A DNA stretch of 64,000 bases, from assembly GCA_965203445.1 (NCBI GenBank), contig OZ241883.1, positions 1,280,001 to 1,344,000 on the forward strand, written 5' to 3'. The position numbers and the translations under genes are program-made. The notes beneath the pieces are model-generated. The model did no database searches and was not told the origin of the DNA. It saw only the letters and a program-made list of their open reading frames with translations. Source of the DNA: Candidatus Oxydemutator sp. Lineage in GTDB: Bacteria > Pseudomonadota > Gammaproteobacteria > Poriferisulfidales > Oxydemutatoraceae. Shown one piece after another: positions 32,983 to 45,633 of the stretch (its first letter is position 1; every line of letters begins with the position of its first letter).

Positions 32983-33338
32983 GCATGGATACGATCATCC
33001 TGCGCGGTCTCGAAGTCAAGGCCACGGTCGGCGTGTTCGAGTGGGAGCGGCGCATTGAGCAGACCTTGAAAGTTGACCTGGAGATGGCCGCCGACGCCGG
33101 CACCGCCGAGGCCTCGGACCGCCTGGAGGATACGCTCGATTACAAAGCCGTCGCTCGCCGCGCCCGCGAGTTCATCGCCGCCGCCGACTGTGCGCTGGTC
33201 GAGACGCTCGCGCACCGGCTGGCCGAGGCCCTGATGAGCGAGTTCGGCATAAGCTGGCTGCGCCTGAGCCTGCAAAAGCCCGGCGCGGTGCGCGGCGCAA
33301 AGAGCGTCGGCATCGTCATCGAACGCGGCCAACGCTGA
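32979..33338 (+). CDS. folB: Dihydroneopterin aldolase
   Basis: GVFEWER..Q, LDYKAV, LVETLA, KPGA. Confidence 0.93.
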   Translation: MSMDTIILRGLEVKATVGVFEWERRIEQTLKVDLEMAADAGTAEASDRLEDTLDYKAVARRAREFIAAADCALVETLAHRLAEALMSEFGISWLRLSLQKPGAVRGAKSVGIVIERGQR

Positions 33339-33826
33339 TGTCGCGGGTTTTCGTCAGCATCGGCAGCAACGTCGAGCGCGAGAAGAACGTCGTCTCGTGC
33401 GTCGCCGCGCTGCGCCGGGAGTTCGGTGCGCTTGCGCTGTCGCCGGTGTACCGCTCGAGGGCCTACGGTTTCGACGGCGACGATTTCTACAATCTGGCGG
33501 CGTCGTTTACGACCGAGATGGCGCCGGCGGCGGTGGACCAAATCCTGCGCCGCATCGAGCACGACCATGGGCGCGTGCGCGCCGGCGAGCGTTTTGCGCC
33601 GCGCACGCTCGATCTCGACCAGGTTCTGCACGGCGTCGTCGTCGTCAACTACAACGGATTGCGGCTGCCGCGCAAGGAGATTACCGAACACGCCTTCGTG
33701 CTGCGCCCGCTAGCCGAGATCGGCGGCGAAGTGGTGCATCCGGTGCTGCACAAAACCTGCGCCGAGTTGTGGGCCGGCTTCGACAAAACGGCGTGTCCGC
33801 TCAAGCGCGTCGCGCTCGATTTGTAG
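33338..33826 (+). CDS. folK: 2-amino-4-hydroxy-6-hydroxymethyldihydropteridine diphosphokinase
   Basis: IGSN, FYN, PRTLDLD, FVLRPLAEI. Confidence 0.93.
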   Translation: MSRVFVSIGSNVEREKNVVSCVAALRREFGALALSPVYRSRAYGFDGDDFYNLAASFTTEMAPAAVDQILRRIEHDHGRVRAGERFAPRTLDLDQVLHGVVVVNYNGLRLPRKEITEHAFVLRPLAEIGGEVVHPVLHKTCAELWAGFDKTACPLKRVALDL

Positions 33827-33853
33827 CGCTTGGGCGGCGCCGTCCGGCGGGCT

Positions 33854-34570
33854 TCAGACCGCCGTTTGCGTATAAGCCCCCTGGTTTTTCTGGTAGAGCA
33901 GGTTGTAGATCGGCCGGCGTAGCGCGCGCGCGCGGCGTTCGTAACGCGACCGCGGACGCCACGAGGGCGCCTCGCCGTCGCCGTCGCGTTCCCGGAAACA
34001 GCCGGTGGCGGCGATTGCGTCGCGCATCGTCCGCGCGCACGACGGCCAGTCGGTGGCGAGGTGTAGCAGGCCGCCGTCGCGTAGCGCGCGGGCCAACGCC
34101 GCGGCGAACGCGGGTTGCACCAGGCGGCGTTTGTGATGGCGTTTCTTCGGCCACGGGTCGGGAAACAGAATCAGCACCTTGTCGAGGCTGGCGGCGGCGA
34201 TACGAGGCACGACCTCGGCCGCGTCTTCGCGGATGACGCGGACGTTCGACAGATCTTTTGCGGCGGCTTCGCGCAGCAGCGCACCGAGCCCCGGGCGCCA
34301 GACTTCGATGCCGAAAAAGCCGGTGTCCGGACGCTCCTCGGCCATCGCCGCCAGCACCTCGCCGTTGCCGAAACCGATCTCCAGGACGATCTCATGGGCG
34401 CGTGCGAACACCACTCGCGGATCGAACGCACCGCCGCGCGTCGCTATTCCGTAGCGCGGCCAGTGCCGTTGCAGCGCCTCGCGTTGGGCCGGCGTGCAGC
34501 GTCCTTCGCGCAGCACGTAACTTCGCACCGGGCGCGGCGCGGCGCGGACCTCGGCGTGCGCCGCGGTCAC
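33854..34570 (-). CDS. trmB: tRNA (guanine-N7)-methyltransferase
   Basis: [27 protein letters not shown]; the GTG start overlaps the thiG stop. Confidence 0.95.
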   Translation of the reverse strand: MTAAHAEVRAAPRPVRSYVLREGRCTPAQREALQRHWPRYGIATRGGAFDPRVVFARAHEIVLEIGFGNGEVLAAMAEERPDTGFFGIEVWRPGLGALLREAAAKDLSNVRVIREDAAEVVPRIAAASLDKVLILFPDPWPKKRHHKRRLVQPAFAAALARALRDGGLLHLATDWPSCARTMRDAIAATGCFRERDGDGEAPSWRPRSRYERRARALRRPIYNLLYQKNQGAYTQTAV

Positions 34571-35367
34571 CACGGGTAGCCGTCCATCGGCGACGACGCC
34601 GACGCAAAACGTCTCCTCGCCATGCGCCCGGCGAGCCACGCGTTGCGCCCCGCTTCAACCGCCTGCTTCATCGCCGTCGCCATCAGCGGCGGGTTCGCGG
34701 CCTCGGCGATCGCGGTGTTCATCAGCACTCCGTCGCAGCCGAGTTCCATCGCAATCGCGGCGTCGGACGCGGTGCCGACGCCGGCGTCCACGATGATCGG
34801 CACCGTCGCGTTTTCGACGATGGTCAGGACGTTGTGGGGATTGCGGATGCCGAGGCCGGAGCCTATCGGCGCCGCCAGCGGCATGACCGCAACGCAGCCG
34901 AGTTCCTCGAAGGCGCGCGCCGCCACCGGGTCGTCGTTGGTATAGACCATCACGTCGAAACCCTCGGCCACCAGTTTCTCGGCGGCTTGCAGCGTCTGGC
35001 GCACGTCCGGGAACAGGGTTTTTTCATCGCCCAACACCTCGAGCTTGACCAGACGCGCGCCGCCTAGCAGTTCGCGCCCGAGACGGCACAACTTGAGCGC
35101 GTCGCGGGCGTTATAGCAGCCGGCGGTGTTCGGCAGTATCGTGTAGCGTTCGGGCGGCAGCACCTCGAGCAGGTTGGGTTCGCCCGCGCGTTGGCCGAGG
35201 TTGGTGCGGCGCAGCGCGACGGTTACGATCTCGCAACCGGAGTTTTCGACGGCCGCGCGCATCTGCCCGAAATCGCGGTATTTGCCGGTACCCAACAACA
35301 GGCGCGAACGCCAGGTTTTGCCGGCGATGGTCAGCGGCTTGTCGCGCCGCGCACGGGGTGTCTCCAT
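34567..35367 (-). CDS. thiG: Thiazole synthase
   Basis: [38 protein letters not shown]. Confidence 0.96.
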   Translation of the reverse strand: METPRARRDKPLTIAGKTWRSRLLLGTGKYRDFGQMRAAVENSGCEIVTVALRRTNLGQRAGEPNLLEVLPPERYTILPNTAGCYNARDALKLCRLGRELLGGARLVKLEVLGDEKTLFPDVRQTLQAAEKLVAEGFDVMVYTNDDPVAARAFEELGCVAVMPLAAPIGSGLGIRNPHNVLTIVENATVPIIVDAGVGTASDAAIAMELGCDGVLMNTAIAEAANPPLMATAMKQAVEAGRNAWLAGRMARRRFASASSPMDGYPW

Positions 35368-35376
35368 CGCGCGCGG

Positions 35377-35577
35377 TCAACCGCCGCCTATGGCCTCGAT
35401 GATCTCCACGCGGTCGTCCGCCGACAGCCGGAAGCGGGCGTGTTCGGCGGCGGGGACTATCGCCTCGTTGACCTCGACGGCGATCTTGCGCGGCGCGGGC
35501 GCCAGCGTTTTTATCAGTTCGCCCAGGGTCGCGTCGTCGCGCAGCGCATAAGGCTTTCCGTTGACCAGAACGTCCAC
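35377..35577 (-). CDS. thiS: Sulfur carrier protein ThiS
   Basis: VNG..., AVEVNE, C-terminal IGGG; immediately upstream of thiG. Confidence 0.92.
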   Translation of the reverse strand: MDVLVNGKPYALRDDATLGELIKTLAPAPRKIAVEVNEAIVPAAEHARFRLSADDRVEIIEAIGGG

Positions 35578-35672
35578 GCTGGCATTATAGCCCGGCGCCA
35601 CGAATGACGAAGACGGCGGGAATTATATGGGGATTATCTACATGGTTACACGGAGACATGACAGTAGTCCGG

Positions 35673-35705
35673 CCTCTCCCTCTGGGAGAGGCCGGGGGTG
35701 AGGGC
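35673..35705 (+). repeat. BoxC-like repeat (CCTCTCCCTCTGGGAGAGG..GGGGTGAG), copy 1
   Basis: Hairpin CCTCTCCC-TCT-GGGAGAGG followed by a purine tail; second copy at 62396-62430. Confidence 0.75.
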
Positions 35706-35777
35706 CGTTCCGTTCTTATACACCAGTAAGGGAACGCCCCCACGGCGTTCCCGACCAGACTCTTGTCCTCTGCGGCG

Positions 35778-36474
35778 TCAAGCGGCGGAGTCCGACGGCG
35801 GTGGTTCGTGTAGCCATTGCGGACGCCATACATCGGGCGCTTGCGGTTGTGCGCACAAACGCGTGCAGCGCTCGAGAAAGGCGGCGCGTGCCATCGGTCT
35901 GGCGCCGAGACTGCACAGGTGGGCCGATTCCACCTGGCAGTCTATCAACGGCAATCCGTGTCTTTGCATGTGCGCGCACAGGTAAAACAGCGCCGCCTTC
36001 GACGCGTCGACGCTCTTTGCGAACATGGATTCGCCGAACACCATGCGCCCGATGTGGACGCCGTAGAGGCCGCCCGCAAGCTCCCCATGGCGGTCGTAGA
36101 CCTCGACCGAATAAGCAAAGCCGGCCTGGTGCAGTTCGACGTAGGCGCGTTCCATGGCCACGGTGATCCAGGTCTTGGCGGCGTATTTTCGCGGTTGCGC
36201 GCAGGCGCGTATGACTTGCGCGAAAGCGCGGTTCAAGCCGATGCGTCCGAACTTCGAGCGCAGCGATTTGCGCAGGCTGCGGCTTACGCGCAACTCGCAC
36301 GGCGCAAGCACCGTGCGCGGGTCGGGGCACCACCACAGCAACGGTTGCCCCTCCTCGTACCACGGAAAGACGCCGCGCCGGTAGGCGTCTAGCAGCGTCT
36401 TCGGTTCGAGGTTGCCGCCCACCGCGAGCAGCCCGTCCGGGCGCGCCGTCGCCGCTTCGGGGAATATCGGGCGC

Positions 36475-36500
<26 letters not shown>
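35778..36500 (-). CDS. aat: Leucyl/phenylalanyl-tRNA--protein transferase
   Basis: GLLAVGG, GVFPW, WWCPDPR, GESMF, DASK, IDCQ. Confidence 0.95.
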
Positions 36501-38686
<2,186 letters not shown>

Positions 38687-38700
38687 TTATACTTTCAGGT

Positions 38701-39609
38701 CTATTGCTTCGAGAAGTTGTCCAAGCTTAGATTGGTGGAATAACCGACGGCGTGTTTTTTCATCAGTTCTATCAATTCCATTCCGTTTATCAAAGTTATC
38801 GAGTGTTCTTTTGCTAATTTCTGTGCTTCGGTATTGAAGTCGGTCGTTGTGATGAATACCGATTTTTCAGCGCCGAATCTTTGTATTGATCCCAGAAAAT
38901 CGGTCATCTGTTTTCCGGTTATTTTGCCGTCCTTATACCTTTTCGCCTGCATGACTACTTTGAATCTTATAAATCCAACTTCTATATAGCCCACGCCGTC
39001 AATTCCCCCGTCAGACGTTCGTTGTGTTACTTCCATTTCCTGCCCTCCCATCTTTCTCAACAGTCCCACGCACAATCTTTCAAACGCGAAAGGATCCATG
39101 GATTTCACTTGTCCCAAGTCTTGCTCCATTGCCGCTATCTCGGCATCGGGTTCATCTTTGCCCTCTACATCGGGATCAACGTATGAAGGATCATCCTCTG
39201 AGAGTGCACTTGGCTTCTTTTTTTTTCGATATTCTTCATACGAGGCGTTAATTTTCTTTCTCAAATTTCTGGCTGCCTCAACTTTGTCCTTGGCCTTTAA
39301 TAGAGCAGCAACCTCTTCTTCTCCTTTTTTCGACAAATGCCAAAATCCTTTTTGGCGGACGTCATATTCCGTGTAGTTTGTGTGGTGCAACACCGACATC
39401 GCCCATATAATGTTTGTGTTCAACACTAAGGTTCCATTGGAAGCCCTCCTCTCTAAAAGGTCGTCGCTTGCGTTCAGGATCTTTTTGGTTTCTGACATTA
39501 CTTCCACACGGTGCTCAGAAACGCCAAGATTGTGGAGGGCGGTCAGCAAATAAGGATATATATCCCTGGTATTTATTGCTTTCCCCCAATTTTTATTTTC
39601 GTACAACAT
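38701..39609 (-). CDS. mrr: Mrr-family (type IV) restriction endonuclease
   Basis: Mrr_N-like N-terminus (KGFWHL), FERLC..LL, DGGIDG, QAKRY, FITT, LING; low GC. Confidence 0.85.
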   Translation of the reverse strand: MLYENKNWGKAINTRDIYPYLLTALHNLGVSEHRVEVMSETKKILNASDDLLERRASNGTLVLNTNIIWAMSVLHHTNYTEYDVRQKGFWHLSKKGEEEVAALLKAKDKVEAARNLRKKINASYEEYRKKKKPSALSEDDPSYVDPDVEGKDEPDAEIAAMEQDLGQVKSMDPFAFERLCVGLLRKMGGQEMEVTQRTSDGGIDGVGYIEVGFIRFKVVMQAKRYKDGKITGKQMTDFLGSIQRFGAEKSVFITTTDFNTEAQKLAKEHSITLINGMELIELMKKHAVGYSTNLSLDNFSKQ

Positions 39610-39760
39610 AATAGGTCCAGTTTATCATTACTGGCCTGCCATGGCGTCCGCAACGCTGGTTGCCGAGGAACGCACGGCTGCTTGACGCTCTCCTCATTTT
39701 ATCTGACTATGCTTCGTCGGCGGGAACGCAGGTGTTTCCGCGACTATACAGGAGGCCCGT

Positions 39761-42073
39761 TTGGCGCGTAAATCGTCCGGTGCATCGGCGCGACCGGGGG
39801 TAGGGGAGATCGGAGCAGGCCTGCGCAAGCGCGTGCGCGAGGCGTGCGCGTTGCTGCTGGCCGGCGTCGGGTTGTATCTGTTGCTGACGCTGTTCGGCTA
39901 CGATGCCGACGATCCGTCGTGGGCGAACAACGTGCCCGCTGAGGAGGCGCGCAACCCGGGGGGCGTCATCGGCGCCTGGTTCGCCTATACGCTGTATTTT
40001 CTGTTCGGCGGCCCGGCCGCCGTGCTGTTTCCGCTGGCGGTGTTCGGCGGCGCCTGGGTCTTGTTCAGAAAAGAAAACGCCCCGCGCCGCTTCATGGGTG
40101 AGCAGTTGGTCATCGGCTTGGCCTTCGCGCTGACGGTGCTCTCCTGCTGCGGCCTGGCCACGTTGCACTTCGTCGCCGCCTCGCTGCCGGCGACGGCCGG
40201 CGGCGTGCTCGGCAAAATTGTTGCCGTCGGTTTCCACGACGTATTCGGCATGATTGGCGCGACGTTGCTGTTGACCAGCCTTGCCATCGCCGGGTTTACG
40301 CTGACGACCGGTTTTCCGTGGCTGCGCGCGATGGACGCAATCGGCGCGCTGCCGTTCTCGGTGCCGCGCTGGTATGCTTTTGCCGTGCGCTGGCTGAGCG
40401 AGCGCCACCGCACCAGGGAGATGGCGAGCGAGCGGCAACGCAGCGTTGTCGATAGAAAACGAAAACTGCGGCGCACCGAGCCGCCGAAGATCGAGCCTTC
40501 GGTGGAGAATCTGAAGCCGGGCAGGCGCGTCGAGAAGGAGCGCCAGATCAGCCTGCCGGTGGGCGCCGCCGGCGGCGAGTTGCCGCCGCTGCAACTGCTG
40601 GACAAACCCGAAAAGCAGCACGGCGTCTATTCCAAGGAAGACCTCGAGACGCTGGCGCGCCAACTGGAGATCAAACTACAGGATTTCGGCATCGAGGGCG
40701 AGGTGGTCGAGGCGCAGCCGGGGCCGGTGATCACCCGTTTCGAGGTGATGCCCGCGCCCGGCACCAAGGCCAGCGCCATCAGCAGCCTGGAGAAAGACTT
40801 GGCGCGCTCGTTGTCGGTGCCGAGTCTGCGCGTGGTCGAGGTCATTCCGGGCAAGTCGGTCGTCGGCATCGAGATTCCGAACCGAGACCGCAACCCGGTG
40901 CTGCTGGGCGAGATCCTGCGTTCGACCGAATACGAAGACGCGAAATTGCCGCTGACGCTGGCGCTCGGAAAAGACATATCCGGCGGCGCGATGTTTGCCG
41001 ACCTCGAGAAAATGCCGCACCTGCTGGTCGCCGGAACCACCGGTTCCGGCAAGTCGGTCGGCGTGCACGCGATGCTGATGAGCCTGTTGTTCAAGAATCC
41101 GCCGTCGCGGGTGCGCCTGATTCTGATAGATCCGAAGATGCTGGAATTGAAGGCCTACGACGAGGTGCCGCATCTGCTGACGCCGGTGATTACCGACATG
41201 AAGGAGGCGGCGAACGCGCTGCATTGGGCGGTGCTCGAAATGGAGCGCCGTTACCGCCTGATGGCGGCCGTCGGCGTGCGCAACGTCGCGTCGTTTAACC
41301 GGCGCGTGGCCGCCGCCGAAAAAAGCGGCAAGCCGTTGGCCGACCCTTTGTGGGAGGGCGTTGTCGGGGATGAGGGCCGGGACGGGCGCGAGGCGCCGGT
41401 GCTTGCGGCGATGCCGCTGATCGTCGTCGTCATAGATGAGTTTGCGGATCTGATGATGGTCGTCGGCAGGAAGATCGAGGATCTGATCGTGCGTCTGTCG
41501 CAGAAGGCGCGCGCCGCCGGCGTCCACCTGGTGCTGGCGACGCAGCGCCCGTCGGTGGACATCGTGACCGGTCTGGTCAAGGCCAACGTGCCGGCGCGCA
41601 TCGCCTTTCAGGTGTCGTCGAAGGTGGACTCGCGCACGATACTCGACCAGAACGGTGCCGAGCAGTTGTTGGGGCGCGGTGACATGCTGTTTCTGCCGCC
41701 GGGGCAGTCGTTGCCGCAGCGCGTGCACGGCGCGTACGTCAGCGACGAGGAAGTGCGCGCGGTCGCCGAGTTTTTGCGCGCGCGCAGCAAGGCCGACTAT
41801 GTCGACGGTCTGGTGGAAGCACCCGTCGCCGGTGCCGTCGCGCCCGGTTTCGAGGAGCTCGCGGGCGAGGGCGCCGACGCGCTCTACGACGAGGCCGTCG
41901 CCATCGTCACGCAGACGCGCAAGGCCTCGATCTCCTATTTGCAGCGCCGCCTGAAGGTCGGCTACAACCGCGCGGCGCGGATGATCGAGGACATGGAGGC
42001 CGCCGGCGTCGTCAGCCCGGTGCAGCCGAACGGCGGGCGCGAGGTGCTGGCCGCGCCGCCGCCCGAGGCGTGA
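39761..42073 (+). CDS. ftsK: DNA translocase FtsK
   Basis: 4TM N-terminus, GPVITRFE, AGTTGSGKS, ATQRPS, gamma domain GYNRAAR. Confidence 0.97.
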   Translation: MARKSSGASARPGVGEIGAGLRKRVREACALLLAGVGLYLLLTLFGYDADDPSWANNVPAEEARNPGGVIGAWFAYTLYFLFGGPAAVLFPLAVFGGAWVLFRKENAPRRFMGEQLVIGLAFALTVLSCCGLATLHFVAASLPATAGGVLGKIVAVGFHDVFGMIGATLLLTSLAIAGFTLTTGFPWLRAMDAIGALPFSVPRWYAFAVRWLSERHRTREMASERQRSVVDRKRKLRRTEPPKIEPSVENLKPGRRVEKERQISLPVGAAGGELPPLQLLDKPEKQHGVYSKEDLETLARQLEIKLQDFGIEGEVVEAQPGPVITRFEVMPAPGTKASAISSLEKDLARSLSVPSLRVVEVIPGKSVVGIEIPNRDRNPVLLGEILRSTEYEDAKLPLTLALGKDISGGAMFADLEKMPHLLVAGTTGSGKSVGVHAMLMSLLFKNPPSRVRLILIDPKMLELKAYDEVPHLLTPVITDMKEAANALHWAVLEMERRYRLMAAVGVRNVASFNRRVAAAEKSGKPLADPLWEGVVGDEGRDGREAPVLAAMPLIVVVIDEFADLMMVVGRKIEDLIVRLSQKARAAGVHLVLATQRPSVDIVTGLVKANVPARIAFQVSSKVDSRTILDQNGAEQLLGRGDMLFLPPGQSLPQRVHGAYVSDEEVRAVAEFLRARSKADYVDGLVEAPVAGAVAPGFEELAGEGADALYDEAVAIVTQTRKASISYLQRRLKVGYNRAARMIEDMEAAGVVSPVQPNGGREVLAAPPPEA

Positions 42074-42732
42074 ACGGCGCGCGCTTATCGCCGGTGTCGT
42101 CGGTGGCGGCGGGCGCGTGGGCGCTGGTGTCGGCGCTGGTGCTGACGCTGGCGTCGCCACCCGCCGCTGCCGACGCGCTCGAAAGGCTCGACGAGTTTTT
42201 CAAGGTCGAGACTTTCCGCGCCAATTTTGTCCAGCGGGTTTATGACGGCGAAGGTGAGGCCGAAGCCGTATCGGAAGGCGTGGTGCTGTTCCATCGCCCG
42301 GGCCGTTTTCGTTGGGAATACGTGTCGCCCGACCCGTACCTGATCTTGACCGACGGCCTCCATCTGCTGATCTATGACGCGGCTTTGCAGCAGGCGTACG
42401 TGCAGCCGACGATGACCGCGCTCGGTTCGGCGCCGCTGATGTTGCTGCTCGACCGGCGCGGCGTGTTCGAGGACTTTCGCGTGGACTACGTGGACCACGG
42501 CGATGATCTCGATTGGGCCAGACTCGAACCGCGCACCGACGACACCCAGTTTGTGCGCTTCGACGTCGGTTTTGACCGCGATGCGATCGTGCACGTCATC
42601 TTCTATGACCGTTTCGAGCAGCGCACGGTCGTGCGTTTTCACGATGCCGAGACCGGGATCTCGATTCCGCAAGAAACGTTTCGCGCCGACCTGCCCGAAG
42701 ACGTCGACGTGATCGGGGATCACTTGCGGTAG
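42070..42732 (+). CDS. lolA: Outer membrane lipoprotein chaperone LolA
   Basis: RPGRFRWEY, signal peptide, follows ftsK. Confidence 0.9.
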   Translation: MNGARLSPVSSVAAGAWALVSALVLTLASPPAAADALERLDEFFKVETFRANFVQRVYDGEGEAEAVSEGVVLFHRPGRFRWEYVSPDPYLILTDGLHLLIYDAALQQAYVQPTMTALGSAPLMLLLDRRGVFEDFRVDYVDHGDDLDWARLEPRTDDTQFVRFDVGFDRDAIVHVIFYDRFEQRTVVRFHDAETGISIPQETFRADLPEDVDVIGDHLR

Positions 42733-42853
42733 CGGCGCGCATCGTAACCGGCGCCGTGACCACCGCGGTCATCGGCAAGGCGGCCCGACGCAGTGGAATT
42801 TTTCTCGCTGGCCGTGGCCCCGACGTAGGGGCAGGGTCGCGGTCTTGGCGCCG

Positions 42854-43333
42854 TCAATGAAAACCTCTGCTCAACGCCCTGCGCTTTTCGCGCTCCCATT
42901 CTTTGCGCCGTTCGGCGGCGCGTTTGTCGTGGATTTGTTTGCCCTTGCCGAGTCCGAGTTCGAGCTTGGCGCGGTTTTTTTTCCAGTACATCTTGAGCGG
43001 CACCAGCGTGTAGCCCTTGCGCTCGAGCAGGCCGGCCAGGCGCGCGATCTCGCGCCGCGTCAGCAACAGTTTGCGCGTGCGCGCGGGCGCCGCCTCGGCG
43101 TGGCTCGAACAGCTGGGCAGCGGGCTGATGTGCGCGCCGAGCAACCATGCCTCGCCGTTTTTGATCAGCGCGTAGCTTTCCTTCAGATGAGCGCGTTTCT
43201 GGCGCAGGCTTTTGACTTCCCATCCTTCGAGCACCAGCCCCGCCGTGAAACGCTCCTCGATAGTGTAGTCGTAGGACGCGCGCGGATTTTTGACGATCAG
43301 CGCCGGCGCGCCGGCCGCTTTTGCCGCTTTCAT
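42854..43333 (-). CDS. smpB: SsrA-binding protein
   Basis: AGLVLEGWEVKSLR, RTRKLLL, GKGKQIHDKR. Confidence 0.95.
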   Translation of the reverse strand: MKAAKAAGAPALIVKNPRASYDYTIEERFTAGLVLEGWEVKSLRQKRAHLKESYALIKNGEAWLLGAHISPLPSCSSHAEAAPARTRKLLLTRREIARLAGLLERKGYTLVPLKMYWKKNRAKLELGLGKGKQIHDKRAAERRKEWEREKRRALSRGFH

Positions 43334-43421
43334 CGCACTCGTCATCCAGTATAATGGCCGCCCGTCGGAACGGACCCTATTATAAGGTGCCCGTCCTGCA
43401 TATCGGCTGAAACACTTATTC

Positions 43422-44783
43422 ATGGTTCCAGGAAGCAGAGCGGCGGCGCGTGGTCAGTGGTCGTCGCGCCTCGCGTTTATTTTTGCCGCCACCGGTTCCG
43501 CGGTCGGGCTTGGCAACATCTGGAAGTTTCCGTACATGGCCGGCGAGCACGGCGGCGGCCCGTTTATTCTTATCTACCTGGCGTGTGTGGCGTTTATCGC
43601 GCTGCCGATCCTAAGCGCCGAACTGCTGATCGGGCGGCACGGAAAGCGCAATCCTGTCGGCGTGTTTCATCGCTTCCGGCGGGACTACGGGACGCATCCG
43701 GCCTGGAGCGGCATAGGCTGGCTCGGTGTGACCGCCGGTTTTCTGATCCTGTCGTATTACAGCGTCATCGCCGGCTGGGTTATCGCCTACGTGTTCAAGG
43801 CCGGCAGCGGCGCTTTTCACCAGATGACCGCCGACGGCGTGTCCAACATTTTCGGTGCCCTGGTGAGCGACCCGGAGCGGCTGACGCTGTGGCACACGTT
43901 GTTCATGGTGTTGACCGTCGCGGTGCTCGTGAGCGGCGTGCAAAAGGGCATCGAGCGGGTCGTCACCTATTTTATGCCGTTGCTGTTGCTGCTGGTGCTG
44001 GGCCTGATTCTTTACAATTTCGTCGTCGGCGACGTGGCGCGCGGCCTGCGCTTCATGTTCGCCTTCGATTTCGACAAGGTCACCGGGGGGACTTTTTTGG
44101 CCGCTCTCGGACAGGCGTTTTTCTCGCTCAGCCTCGGCATGGGGGCGATGATGGTCTACGGTTCCTATCTGTCCGCGGACGCGCCGCTGTTCCGCACCGC
44201 GGCCGTCGTCGCCTTCGCCGACACGCTGATCGCGATACTCGCCGGTCTGATGATCTTTCCGTTGTTGTTCGCGTTCGACATGGAACCGGCGCAGGGCGTC
44301 GGCCTGGTCTTCAAGACGCTGCCGCTTGCGTTCTCCGAGATGCCGGGCGGCACTTTGTTTGCGACGTTGTTCTTCGCGTTGCTGCTGATCGCGGCCTGGA
44401 CTTCGGCGTTGTCGCTGCTGGAGCCGGTCATCTCGTGGGCCGTCGAGCACCTTGCGTGGAGCCGCGCGCGCGCGGCCGTCATCGCCGGCGTCGTCGCGTG
44501 GTTGCTCGGTCTCGTCACCGTGTTCTCGTTCAACCTGTGGCAGGACTTCCAGTTGTGGGACAAGACGCCGTTCGATCTGCTGGACTACCTGGCGTCCAAC
44601 GTCATGCTGCCGCTCGGCGGCCTGCTGATCGTGCTGTTCGTCGGCTGGATATTGCCGGGGCCCGCGGTCAAGACCGAGACCGGCTTCACCGACCGGCACT
44701 GCTACCGCCTGTGGCGCCTGTTGATTCGCTGGGTCGCGCCGCTCGCGCTGTTGCTGATTCTGTTTCACCTGCTGAGCGCATGA
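43422..44783 (+). CDS. Sodium-dependent transporter (NSS/SNF family)
   Basis: WSSRLAFI..GSAVGLGNIWKFPY, GQAFFSLSLG. Confidence 0.92.
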   Translation: MVPGSRAAARGQWSSRLAFIFAATGSAVGLGNIWKFPYMAGEHGGGPFILIYLACVAFIALPILSAELLIGRHGKRNPVGVFHRFRRDYGTHPAWSGIGWLGVTAGFLILSYYSVIAGWVIAYVFKAGSGAFHQMTADGVSNIFGALVSDPERLTLWHTLFMVLTVAVLVSGVQKGIERVVTYFMPLLLLLVLGLILYNFVVGDVARGLRFMFAFDFDKVTGGTFLAALGQAFFSLSLGMGAMMVYGSYLSADAPLFRTAAVVAFADTLIAILAGLMIFPLLFAFDMEPAQGVGLVFKTLPLAFSEMPGGTLFATLFFALLLIAAWTSALSLLEPVISWAVEHLAWSRARAAVIAGVVAWLLGLVTVFSFNLWQDFQLWDKTPFDLLDYLASNVMLPLGGLLIVLFVGWILPGPAVKTETGFTDRHCYRLWRLLIRWVAPLALLLILFHLLSA

Positions 44784-45223
44784 GCCGCGTGGCGAGGGAG
44801 GCCATCGTGCCCTACACCTGCGCCCAGATGTACGAGTTGGTCACCGACGTCGATGCCTATCACCGGTTTGTGCCGTGGTGTCGTGCGACCTCGGCCGAGA
44901 CGCTCGCCGATGGCCGCGTGCGCGCGCGCCTCGAGATGCGCCACGCCGGCGTGGATTTGTCGTTCACGACCGTCAACCGCAACACGCCGGCGCACAGCGT
45001 CGAGATGGAAGGGGCCGAGGGGCCTTTCCGCCGGCTGCGCGGGCGTTGGGACTTCACGCCGCTGGGCGAAGACGGTTGCAAGGTCGCGCTGGCGGTGGAC
45101 TTCGAGTTCGCCGCGGCGCTGCACAAGATCCTGGTGCACCGGTTTTTCGGGCGCATCGTCGCGTCGCTGATGGACGCTTTCCTGGCACGCGCGGCGGCGC
45201 TTTACGGGCGTGGTCGGGCGTGA
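44780..45223 (+). CDS. ratA: RatA/PasT (START/Coq10-like) protein
   Basis: VPYTCAQMYELV.DV..Y..FVPWC, GPFRRLRGRWDF, F..RA..LYG. Confidence 0.9.
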   Translation: MSRVAREAIVPYTCAQMYELVTDVDAYHRFVPWCRATSAETLADGRVRARLEMRHAGVDLSFTTVNRNTPAHSVEMEGAEGPFRRLRGRWDFTPLGEDGCKVALAVDFEFAAALHKILVHRFFGRIVASLMDAFLARAAALYGRGRA

Positions 45224-45498
45224 TCGCGGTCGAGGTGGCCTATGCCGCGAGCGACCGGCGGCACGTCGTGCGCCTGTCGGTCGCGCCGGGTTGCAGCGTC
45301 GGCGACGCGATACGCATGTCCGGGCTGCTCGAGGAGTGCGCCGAAATTGACCTCGCCCGCAACGCGGTCGGCTTGTTTGGTCGCCGCGTTTCCTTGGAGC
45401 GCGTGCTCGCCGAAGGCGACCGCGTCGAGATCTACCGCCCGCTCAAGCGCGACCCGATGGCGGCGCGCCGCCACCGCGCACGGCGCTCGGGCACGTGA
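45220..45498 (+). CDS. rnfH: RnfH/RatB ubiquitin-like protein
   Basis: VEVAYA, GDRVEIYRPL..DP..ARR. Confidence 0.9.
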   Translation: MIAVEVAYAASDRRHVVRLSVAPGCSVGDAIRMSGLLEECAEIDLARNAVGLFGRRVSLERVLAEGDRVEIYRPLKRDPMAARRHRARRSGT

Positions 45499-45633
45499 CA
45501 CGGGGCGACGGTTCCCGGCGTAGGGCCCGTAGTGTGCCGTGGTCAACCGCAAGTGCAGTGATTCACCCGCAACCTGCATTAGACATCTGGTGAACGGGTT
45601 GCTTGGATAGCATTGCATATAAGCCTGTTTCTT

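Noticed and set aside
39218-39226. A9 homopolymer in mrr as a phase-variation tract
   Set aside because: Short, in frame, encodes a Lys run in an AT-rich gene; no evidence without reads.
42733-42853. tmRNA (ssrA) next to smpB
   Set aside because: The spacer is only ~120 bp and lacks tRNA-like ends; it holds just a small GC hairpin.
44780-45498. ratA-rnfH as an accessory toxin-antitoxin system
   Set aside because: Conserved core genes normally found between smpB and bamE; RatA is a Coq10-like protein.
45499-45625. Integron attC-like structure downstream of darG
   Set aside because: Partial inverted repeats only; no convincing RYYYAAC/GTTRRRY pairing and no integron integrase.
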